Shown here: positions 53,571-64,000 of the stretch, piece after piece
Layout: every line of letters starts with the position of its first letter
How positions within the stretch are numbered: position 1 is the stretch's first letter
Source of the DNA: Octopus vulgaris
Lineage: Eukaryota
Reading direction: 5' to 3'
DNA length: 64,000 nt
NCBI GenBank assembly: GCA_951406725.2
Contig: OX597829.1
Span: forward strand, 19,654,001 to 19,718,000
Notes under the pieces: generated by a model
Told to the model about the DNA's origin: nothing
Database searches by the model: none
What the model saw: only the letters and a program-made list of their open reading frames with translations
Position numbers and translations under genes: made by a program

Positions 53571-56500
53571 TTAAAATATCCTGTGAAGTATTTAATAATA
53601 AGCCCATGTTCCAAAGTGTGATGTACTGAATGCTGTATGTGAAAAATTATTCATAACCAAAATTTCCCTTTTAGAAAAAGACTATAAAAACCTGATAATA
53701 ATGCTATAAAGTCTAAAAACCAAACAAAAAAAAATGGGGCAGGGAGGTCATTTTGAGAAATTAAGAATTAATCTGTTAGTTAATTTATATGTCTTGGGAA
53801 AAATTTGCTCAGAGACAAATGTAGACATGATTCCATCTGTTAGATTATATTGGCAAGTATATCTACCCAAGCCTGTTTGATTAATTAACAAAGATTTTTT
53901 ACATATAGACAAACCGGTTATGTTCAGAAGAGCTGTACCAATCTTACCAGCCTCAAAACTATCCACCCACTTGAAGCCAAACTGGGATACAGAGTATAAT
54001 GAAAGAGGGCTTATGAACTTTAACAGTTCAAGGAAGGGGCTGTAAGAGTTGAAAGTGTTGTGATAAGAATTAATATATCCAAACAAATTTAACGTGGCAA
54101 GCTGGCAGAATTGTTAGCTCACCAGGCAAAATGCTTAGTGGCATTTCATCCATCTTTACATTTTGAGTTCAAATTCTGCCAAGGCCAACTTTACCTATCA
54201 TCCTTTTGTTGGGGGAGGGGGTCAATAAAATAAATATCAGTTGATCACTAGGGTCAATGTAATCGACTTAACCCCTCTCCTGAAATTGCTGGCCTTGAGC
54301 CAATATTTGAACAAATGATTACCATAAATTAGCAGCTGCTTGGAACAAGTTAAATTAATTAGAATGGAAATGAATGTATGACTAAAATTTTACAGCTGGA
54401 TATAATAACTCAGCTTCTGGCTCAACGAACTGCTGTAATGAGAAAAACAATGTAAACTGCATTAAAAAAATTGTCTCAGCTATTTAAAGGCTATGATACC
54501 TAATAGTGTTGATGAATCATGTTTTATCATATTTTAATACTGAGATATCCCTGTCCTATGAATTCATCTGCTGCACTAGGGAGAAAATCTTCCAGGAAAG
54601 CATTCTGAAAATACACATATGGTGTATTAGTTTCTCACATGTAAAAATTTAAACTGAAACAGTTTGGTCGGCTGCGACTGTCCATGTAATTAATAGGGAA
54701 GAAAACTCCCTTTAGGGCTCACTGGATAGTTGTTTTTAAATTTTAAGTATTGCTAATGGGAATTTTTGTCTCAGGTAGTAATAATCAAGGAATGATGTTA
54801 TTATCAATGTAACATTATGACTGGGGCTTCTAACTGGGTCAAAGACGTGGAGTTAAAAGATAATCCAAATGAATGCAATGGTGGATTATTTGCCAGAAAG
54901 AAACAATTATTTGATGAACTATAAAATAGAAATGTTGAGTAGATTTATCATGCATTCATTAAGAAAAAAATTTTTTAATAAATAAAAATGTAAAAGGATT
55001 TTTAAAAAATAATAAATACCTTTGCATTTTGTTTTGCTTAAGAAAGTTTTTTTTTAACAACCTAATCAAATATTTAATTTGAATATTTTGGCATTTTCCT
55101 TTTTTTATTTTCTTTGTAAAGAGATCAATACATATCAGATTCTATGGTAAGTTATTTTTTTGTTTCACTTTCAGATGAATGGAAAAAGAGAAAACTAGAG
55201 AATGTCTTCTTTTTTATATAATTAAATTATGGAAAATACAGAGCTAATATTTAGGAAAATATGTTGGATTACATTTTTTCTTTCTCTATTTATTCTTTTT
55301 TTTTTGTAAATAATTATTAAGTTATTTCATTTCTTAAAAACTGTTTATATGTTATTGAATACTAATTTAAAATCTGGTTAAAGATATTTCTTTTGTATGT
55401 TGTCCATGAATATCTTGGTGAAAAGCACCATTGTAGTGCTAACAAAAATGCACCTTTATGATACTATTCAAGTTGAAACATTCATAGTATGTCCCAAACA
55501 GCCAAAAATTTTTTTTTACTTTTCTTCTTTCTTTTTCTGAGAAAAAGGTTAACTAAAATATGAAAATATTATACACAAACACCTACATTTATGAGTTGTG
55601 GTATATAAATAACTAACATTTACTTTGGTGTATGTAAATAACTAATATTATGTACATAGATGTTTAATTATTTTTTTTACATAATTCACATATCGTATTT
55701 TGATAAGCAGTTAAAAATGAAAATGATTTAAATTACTTTTTGTTTTATAAACAAAAAGGTAATTTAATTAAATACTTTAGATATCTTTAACTTGCTTACA
55801 ACATACACAGAACACTCCTTTTATTTTAAATTCTTGATACTGTTTAGTTAGTAAACTTTTTATATTTTGTTTTTGGAATTTAAAACCTTTTGAAAATAAA
55901 TAAATAAAAATATTGAATGTTTTTTTTTTATTATTATTTCATCACTTGGAGTATTTCAGGTAACTTATAAGATCTGATCCATTGGTGGATCATTCTAATC
56001 ATGTTAGCCTCCATCCATCTATCTTCTCTGTCCACTACTTCTGGGAAGGTTATGGGCATTTGGAATACAGGACATTTTGCTTAAGTACAGGAGGAGAAGA
56101 AATTCTAAACCATAATGATTTATTTGCTTTGTGTTCTTTTTTTTTATAACAGACATCAACCCTTAACTTAGTCCAACATAGAGGTAATAAACTCTCAAGA
56201 GAGCTGAACAGTTGAAGGTCTTCAGAGAAGATCTCCCCCCCCCCACACACACACACACATACACTCAGGCAAGTGTTTCAGCCCTTAGCTTCTCACACTC
56301 TAAGGGAGCCATGCCACATCCAGATCATGACTCTCAGGTGCCCTTCGTCTAACACTTTTTAGCTACTTGAATATTGGAGGCTTGTGCATTTAAACTGTCT
56401 GGAGATTTCATCTAGTTATAACTTCTCTCCTTTTATTCAGCTTTCAAACTTATCAAAGCTAAGTCAATGGTGAGGTGCTGCTAGATAAAGTAATGGGGAT

Positions 56501-56824
56501 GTAAACACTCCAACACCACTTATCAAGCAGTGGTAGAGAGAAACAAAGACACATACAATCACACAGCTACACACATACATGTGTGTGTGTAATCAATTAA
56601 GTAAACAGAAGATGGAATTGGTTTAACACTATTTTGTACAACGATCGTTTTGACCCGTCCTGTGACTGTCTCTTATGGGTGGGGTGCTGTGCATCATATT
56701 GTGTTGCATCAATTTTGCAGTCTGTAGCCCAAACTGTGCCGGTGCTTTACCCAACACATCAGCACACTAGCTGATATATAGTCATTTGTTCAAAATATTA
56801 CACACATACACACACACACACACA

Positions 56825-57191
56825 TTCTTTTATTTGTTTCAGTCATTTGACTGCAGCCATGCTGGAGCACTGCCTATAGTTGAAGAAATTGACCCCAGTA
56901 CTTATTCTTTGTAAGCCTAGTACTTATTCTATCGCCCTCTTTTGCTGAACCACTAAGTTACAGGGATGTAAACACACCAATATCGATCGTCTGGTGATGG
57001 TGGGGAAACAGACACAAACATATACACATATGATGGGCTTCTTTCAGTTTCCATCTACCAAATCCACTCGCAAGGCTTTGGTCAGGCCAAGGCTATAGTA
57101 GAAGACACTTAGCCAAGGTGCTATGCAGTGGGACCAGGCCCAGAACCATAAGGTTAGAAAGCAAACTTCTTACCACACAGCCACTCCTGCA
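56825..57191 (-). mobile_element. SINE family A (others at about 61303-61620 minus and 62140-62360 plus)
   Basis: Reverse-complement match to family A. Confidence 0.8.
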
Positions 57192-57344
57192 CTTATAAGA
57201 CAAGACATAACTAATGGTCATCACATATTTCTTTATTGTAATAAATTTGACTTACAGCAGTTTCCAGTAGTCATTATAGGTTGTTATGGATTGGTTTACC
57301 CAATTAGCCTATCGATTGGTTGAGGAAAATTGAATGACCTAGAG

Positions 57345-58147
57345 CAGGGGTTCTCAACCAGGGTCCATATAAGATTTTGTGGGATCCAAACAACAAAATA
57401 GTCAAACTGGAGATCACAATAATATTTTAAGGGCCCCTGAAAAATGTTGCTTTATGTGTATGTATTGGTATGTATTACAAGAAACAGCTGGGTTTCTTTC
57501 TTTAATATTTTACAAAGTTCAACCTACACAAGTTAATGTGTGAAAAACAAAAAAAGGAATTTTGAAAGAAGTTTCTATAAAACTAGTTTTTAAACATTGA
57601 TGTGGCACATAAAAAACATCATCCGAGCATGGCCGTTCGCCAGCCTTGTCTGGCACCTGTGTCGGTGGCACATAAAAAGCACCCACTACACTCATGGAGT
57701 GGTTGGCGTTAGGAAGGGCATCCAGCTGTAGAAACACTGCCAGATCTGACTGGCCTGGTGCAGCCTTCTGGCTTCCCAGACCCCAGTTGAACCGTCCAAC
57801 CCATGCTAGCATGGAAAGCGGACGTTAAACGATGATGATGATGATGAATGGCTATGAGGATCCACCAGAATAAGATAGTAATCAAAGGGATCCATAGATA
57901 AAAAAAATGGCCGAGAACCCCTGCATTAGATGTATTTAATGCTATGTATTGCAAGAAACAGATGGGTTTCTTTCTCTAGCGTTTTACAAAGTTTAACCTA
58001 TGCAAGTTAATGTGTGAAAAACAAAATAGGAATTTTGAAAGAAGTTTGTGTAAAACTAGTTTTTAAACATTGTATGGCTATGGGGTCCACCAGAATAAAA
58101 TAGTAATGAAAGGGGTCCATAGATTAAAAAATGCTTGAGAACCCCTG
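57345..58147. mobile_element. hAT (Charlie-type) MITE with duplicated 3' half and an inserted RTE tail
   Basis: TIRs CAGGGGTTCTCAA / TTGAGAACCCCTG; 8-bp TSD ACCTAGAG (57337-57344, 58148-58155); extra internal TIR at about 57913-57923; RTE tail at about 57600-57846. Confidence 0.88.
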
Positions 58148-60104
58148 ACCTAGAGAATTAATGCTACTCTTAGCAGAGTCATTTTGTTCTAGTTATAACC
58201 AAGCTGAACACTGAAAGAGTGATACAGGAAAGTGGGAGGGAATGAAGAGAGGCATTAAGTATAAGGTAAATGGTAGAGAGATAAAGAGGAAAGGAGAAGA
58301 GAAATGAATTAGAAAAGAAGGACCAATGGGAAAAGAAGGGAAGGAATAGAAAGAATAGAGGAAGAGAGAAGGGATTAACAATGGCTGAAATGAAAGAGGG
58401 GACAGTCATAAAAACATTAGTGTGTGTAATTGGGTCATCACACTCAAAAATATTTGCATTGTGTTAGGCCAAATACTCCACACACCTCCCCCCCCCCCCT
58501 CCGTCTCGAAATTTTGTGGGAGGGGACGATTAGATTGACCCCAGCACCTGACTGATGCTTAATTTATCGACCCAGAAAGGATGAAAGGCAAAGCCGACCA
58601 TGGCAGAATTTGAACTCAGAACGTAAAGACGAAATACCACTCAGCATTTCGCCCGGCATGCTAACGTTTCTGCCAGCTTGCCACCTTCAACTTAAATCTT
58701 TAATATTCATTTCTACTCTAGGCACATGGCCCGAAATTTTGGGGTAGGGGGCCAGTCAATTAGATCGACCACAGTACAGGACTGGTACTTAATTTATTGA
58801 CCCCGAATAGAAGGAACGGCTAAGTTGACCTTGGTGGAATTTGAACTCAGAATATAAAGACAGACAAAATTCCGCTAAGCATTTCACCTGGCATGCTAAC
58901 ATTTCAACTCACCACCTTCTACTTAAATCTTTAATATTGGGTCATTCATATTCTCTGATATTGGAATTGAAATGTATTAGACTGGATGGTAATCGGAATG
59001 AAAAAATCAGCAGTAACTATATTATGATGGGAAGGTTCAAAGCCTTATATATATATGAGCAAAACGCACCCCCGTCCAATGGATGGTGCTGAGTTGTCAA
59101 ATATTTAAACTAAATTTTCTCAAAACAACTTGTCCGACCGTCCCATAGGCCTCCCCTTTGAGAAACACTGATTTAACCTAAATTTGAGACACCAGCAAAA
59201 GAAGAAATAAAGATAGACTTTTTTTCTATTCCAAAGAAAAACGATTTTATTCACACAAATATGCAACCGAAGAGTTTAAAGTACCAGTAATGAAAAGGCT
59301 GTTGACTGGGAGAACACAAACATGGTTTAAACAGTAAGCATGGCAGGTAAAAAACGTGCCTGAAGCAGTACAAAAAATGGAAGGTGCAGTTATGAAGAAA
59401 AGCACATTCCCACGGCTTTATCAATCACATTTTCACCTGGAATCGATTTTTGTAATTTTTTCAAGACTTATACACACCTTGATACCGTCAGTTTATACAT
59501 ATCAAATTTGAACACAATCGGATGGAGGATGCCCAAGATCTTACAAGACACACACTGACAGACAGAACAGATTTTATATAATATACATTTATTTATATAT
59601 ATATATATATATATACATCCCGTCCAATTCACTCCAAAATTTACAGGGACATGTAAAATGAGGTGACGATGCCCGTGGGCTATCTTAGAAATCCCTATTT
59701 TAAAAGGTGTCGTTGCTAGGGCCAAAACCCCACTTTGACAAATCCACTCTCGTTCTTTAATGTATCTGTCTTCCTCAACTCACTCTCGCTATTTCCTCTC
59801 TTCCCAGCACTTTTTCACTCACTCTGTTTCCTACCTTCCCATCACTTCGGCGTTCTTTTATGCATTCATAGAGAGAATTATCATCGCCACCAACAACACA
59901 CGAGCATGAGAACAAATATTATGAATCAGATATTTCTTGCATTCATTTATATGTGTGTGTGTGTGTGTTCTATATATAAATATGTATATATAATGTATGT
60001 GTGTGTGTGTGTGTGTTCTATATATAAATATGTATATATAATGTCATCATCATCATCATCGTTTAGCATCCGTTTTTTTGATGTAACAGAGAATTCCTAA
60101 ACAC

Positions 60105-61285
60105 CCGCCATGGCAGTGAAACATGGGCCGTGACTGCTGAGGATATGCGTAAGCTCACAAGAAATGAAGCCAGTATGCTCCGATGGATGTGTAATGTCAG
60201 TACTCATACTCGGCAGAGTGTAAGTACCTTGAGAGAAAAGCTGGACCTAAGAAGCATCAGTTGTGGTGTGCAAGAGAGACGTTTGCGCTGGTATGGTCAT
60301 GTGGTGAGAATGGATGAAGATAGTTGTGTGAAAAAGTGCCACACCCTAGCGGTTGAGGGAACCTGCGGAAGAGGCAGACCCAGGAAAACCTGGGACGAGG
60401 TGGTGAAGCACGACCTTCGAACTTTAGGTCTCACTGAGGAAATGACTAGAGACCGAGACCTCTGGAAGTGTGCTGTGCGCGAGAAGACCCGGCAGGACAA
60501 GTGAGTCCATAACCCGTGGCCTTCTACATGGAATGTAGCCAGCCTATGTATGCATACCTTCCCTTCTTGGGACACAAAACTCTACTTGTGAAGACCTGTT
60601 GAGGCAAGTGAGGATCAGAATGGAAATCGATCAATGGAAATTGCAGATGTGTTACCAGTGCCGGTGGCATGTCGAAACTCTACTTGTGAAGACCTGTTGA
60701 GGCAAGTGAGGATCAGAATGGAAATCGATCAAGGAAATTGGAGATGTGTTACCAGTGCCGGTGGCATGTCAATGGAAATTGCAGATGTGTTACCAGTGCC
60801 GGTGGCATGTCGAAACTCTACTTGTGAAGACCTGTTGAGGCAAGTGAGGATCAGAATGGAAATCGATCAATGGAAATTGCAGATGTGTTACCAGTGCTGG
60901 TGGTATGTAAGAGAACCTTCCGTTTCGCGACCGTTGCCAGCGCCGCCCCGACTGGCCTCGTGCCAGTGGCACGTAAAAAGCACCATCCGTTTGTGTCCGT
61001 TGCCAGCCTCGCCTGGCCCTCGTGCCGGTGGCACATAAAAAGCACCATCCGTCGTGGCCGTTTGCCAGCTCTGTCTGGCACCTGTGTGGGTGGCACATAA
61101 AAAGCACCCACTACACTCACGGAGTAGTTGGCGTTAGGAAGGGCGTCCAGCCGTAGAAACACTGCCAGATTTGACTGGGCCTGATGAAGCCTTCTGGCTT
61201 CACAGACCCCAGTAGAACCGTCCAACCCATGCTAGCATGGAAAACGGACGCTAAACGAGGATGATGATGATGATGATGATGATGA
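60105..61285 (+). mobile_element. RTE-clade LINE 3' end (ORF C-terminus, 3' UTR with internal duplications, (GAT)n tail)
   Basis: RNEASMLRWMCNV...VQERRLRWYGHVVRMDEDSCVKKC...GRGRPRKTWDEVVKHDL; 3' UTR with repeated GGCAC(G/A)TAAAAAGCACC; GAT tail. Confidence 0.92.
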
Positions 61286-61661
61286 TATATATATATATAG
61301 ATATTCTTTTATTCTTTTACTTGTTTCAGTCATTTGACTGCGGCCATGCTGGGACACTACCTTTAGTCGAGCAAATTGACCCCCAGGACTTATTCATTGT
61401 AAGCCTAGTACTTATTCTATTGGTCTCTCTTGCTGAACTGCTAGGTTACAGGGATATAAATACACCAACATTGGTTGTCAAGCTTCTTTCAGTTTCTATC
61501 TACCAAATCCACTTACAAGGCTTTAGTAGAAGACACTTGCCTAAGAATCCATGTAGTGGGGCTGAACCCGGAACTATGTGGTTGGTAAGCCAGCTACTTA
61601 CTACACAGCCACTCCTGCACACATATATATATATATGCATATATAAAGATATTATTATTTA

Positions 61662-61915
61662 TAAATACGGAGATGTACTTGCATAGCAAGTGATTTGATC
61701 CGAGATCGTGTGCTGAAATGAAAACAATTGCAGCGTGGAAGGTGTTTGTAAGCCATTTAAGAAACACACAAAAGCCGTTCGATTCACTTCAACATTTAAG
61801 TTTAATTTGTCAAAATATTTTCGTCGCTAATATCCGCGACCTGTTCACTGACAAAAATCCGTGCTGCACGGATTGGCTTACAAACACCTTCCACACTGCA
61901 ATTGTTATTAATAAA
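61662..61915. mobile_element. Penelope-like element terminal-repeat fragment with internal inverted repeat
   Basis: Contains the hammerhead above, a 19-nt palindrome AATCCGTGC-T-GCACGGATT (61856-61874) and 33-bp inverted arms 61723-61755 / 61874-61906 with one mismatch. Confidence 0.55.
61806..61855 (-). ncRNA. Minimal type I hammerhead ribozyme with G3:C8 core swap
   Basis: Reverse complement UUUGUCA-GUGAACA-G-GUCGC(GGAUAUUA)GCGAC-GAA-A-AUAU-U-U-UGACAAA: perfect 7-bp stem I, 5-bp stem II, 1-bp stem III with palindromic AUAU loop. Confidence 0.75.
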
Positions 61916-62839
61916 TAATAGTAATATAAGTGGCTAGTAATTATATATATATATATATATATAAGTCTTTTATATATATAGCAATTATATATATATATAT
62001 ATATATATAAAAACATAAAAGTCTTTTCTTTCTTTCCAAGCGTTAAACACCTACTTCTTGTTCCAACACCTGTCTTTTGTTTTCTGTAAATTTGAAATAT
62101 ATATATATATATGTATGTATGTATGTATATGTATGCATTTATGCATGTGTGTGTCTGTTTGTCCCACCTTCATTGCTTGACAATCGATGCTAGTTTATGT
62201 GCCCCGTAACTTAGCAGTTTAGCAAAAGAGACCAATAGAATAATACTAGGCTTACAGAAAAAAGAAGTCATGGGGTCGAATTCTTTGGTTATAATCCTAT
62301 AAGGTGGTGCTCCAGCATGAACACGGTCAAATAACTGAAACAAGTAAAAGAATAAAAAAATACTTTCCAAAAGATCACTCCCTAACAGAAATAGGTCATG
62401 AGTGATTTCCAAGTATTTTAAAAAGTGGGTTGAAATCCATTATAGTGTTTAGCTGTTTTCTGCTCTTTCTGTTTCTTTTTTTGCTACCTGTGTAGTTAAG
62501 TGGCTAGCAATAAAAAATGAAACTACTTCTGGTAACATGAATGCACAGTATTAATTTGGTTCTGTTCAAGTGATATGAGAATGACGAATGACATAGCTTC
62601 AAATTCATTGGTCAATAAATGCAAGAAAGCTGACTCAACAAGTGTAGACTTGTGATGTATAATTAAATATAAAAGAAAAAAAAAGGACTGTGAAATTAGC
62701 ATGACAGGGACATGCATTAGTAACTATCACATGAAGTCAAAACAATGAAACATTTAACACACACAGGCTCACATACATATACATACATGCATATACACAT
62801 ACATACATGTGTGTGTGTGTGCATGTATAAATGTATGTG

Positions 62840-63049
62840 TTTGAGGTGGCGCTAAAAAAAGTTCCTGGCTTTGGATAAAAGAAAATACTGGATGATCAGT
62901 TAATTATGATTTTATTTAACATATTCCCCTCTCATATTCACACACTTATTACAGCAGTTTTTCAAAGCCCTGTAAAAGAACTTGGAAAGTTGGGCCTCCA
63001 ACCAAGCCTTTTGAGATAGCCTTAAAGCCAGCATCACCTTGTGTGTGTA

Positions 63050-63088
<39 letters not shown>

Positions 63089-63612
63089 GAGGGTGGAGGT
63101 GCTGAAAAGTTCCTGGCTTTGGGTAAAAGAAAATACAGGAGGATCAGTTAACACATGAAGTGCGATGGGCCATGATTGTGGCCATCAGGCACAGGTCAAC
63201 AGGCCATGATAGATGCATTTAATTTATGAGCATTTGTTAGGGTCTAATGTCACTCAAATACTCCAATACCCGACTGAATGCAAGAGGACTAATGGTTCAA
63301 CTAAGCAGTGGATAGGTGGGTGGACTTTTCAGATGATGCAAAACTTGCCACCATTATATTATACTAAGAAGATAGTTTAACGATTTTTTTTTGTTTTTTA
63401 TGTGTGCATGGTTGTCTCATTTTCATAAAATGCACCCAACAGTCCATGCCATGTAAATGCAAATCCTAGTGCTTTATGGGTTAATTATCATTTTATTCAA
63501 TATATTCACCTCACAGATTCTTACACTTATTGTAAAACTTAAAACATTGGGCCTCCAACCAGGTCTTTCGCAAATACCCTTTAAGTCAGGAACTTTTCAG
63601 TACCTCTTCATA
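62840..63612. mobile_element. Cluster of mariner-type MITE copies and fragments
   Basis: Repeated (G/A)AAAAGTTCCTGGCTTT...GATCAGTTAA and CAGGAACTTTTCAGTACC, same family as 39795-40015. Confidence 0.65.
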
Positions 63613-64000
63613 TGTATGTTCCTTCTGCTGAGATACCAGAGATGGCCAGGGCTATCCACCAATGCAAGTGACAAAAAACTTTCACCCAGCAGTGCAAGCT
63701 TTGTTGAGTCAGCTGTTGTAACTCTGGACCAGATGTTTTTATTAACCTCAATATTTGTTCTTGCGAGACCACTCGTAGTCTCTATTGAGCCAGCTGTAAT
63801 GGCTTGCTTTCTCAGTGACTTCTGACAATTTTCTGGTAACATCTTTTCTCTCTTTTGCACCTAGTTCAAGACTAGCGTGTGTAAATATGTGCCAAGCAGC
63901 TTCATTCTCTGTGCTTTGGTTTTGTTACTATAGCAACAGTCCGGACATTTATTGATCAGACCGTGTAATGGCAGAATTCTGCTTTATGCATGTCATATAA

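Noticed and set aside
53748-55920. 112-aa minus ORF, exon-like bits (55121-55150) and a 3' UTR-like AT-rich tract with AATAAA near 55895
   Set aside because: No recognisable protein or consistent splice frame; a distal UTR or lncRNA cannot be excluded without RNA data.
56630-56775. CTGATGT...AAAACGATCGTT on the minus strand as a hammerhead
   Set aside because: Core positions A9 and G12 are mismatched and stem I does not register.
63597-64000. Possible Tc1-like transposase fragment (NIWSRVTTADSTKL)
   Set aside because: Similarity too weak to call without a search.

Overview
AT-rich, microsatellite- and retroelement-dense eukaryotic DNA; the SINE/RTE families and the 5S-like sequence point to an octopus (coleoid cephalopod) genome (inference). 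Two protein-coding genes are recognisable, arranged head-to-head: (i) the first visible coding exon of a GRXCR1/CG31559-like glutaredoxin-domain cysteine-rich protein on the minus strand (4558-4920; the rest probably lies left of the window); (ii) a complete three-exon PGRMC (membrane-associated progesterone receptor, cytochrome-b5-like) gene on the plus strand (20679-20988, 37997-38146, 40160-40266; 188 aa). The rest is tRNA-derived SINEs, RTE, CR1-like and HERO-like LINE relics, hAT/piggyBac/mariner MITEs, Helentron-like pieces, a Gypsy integrase fragment, a 5S rRNA pseudogene and simple repeats. Most ORFs in the supplied track are microsatellite or TE artefacts. Most notable: several minimal type-I hammerhead ribozyme motifs of the Penelope-associated kind, one with a fully compensatory G3:C8 core swap; a 14 x 109-bp tandem array grown inside an RTE 3' UTR, with a 7-monomer higher-order period; several long inverted repeats in or after the PGRMC transcription unit; and a charge reversal at a conserved heme-contacting lysine of PGRMC. 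TE family names come from motif recognition by eye, not from database searches, and many TE boundaries are approximate.
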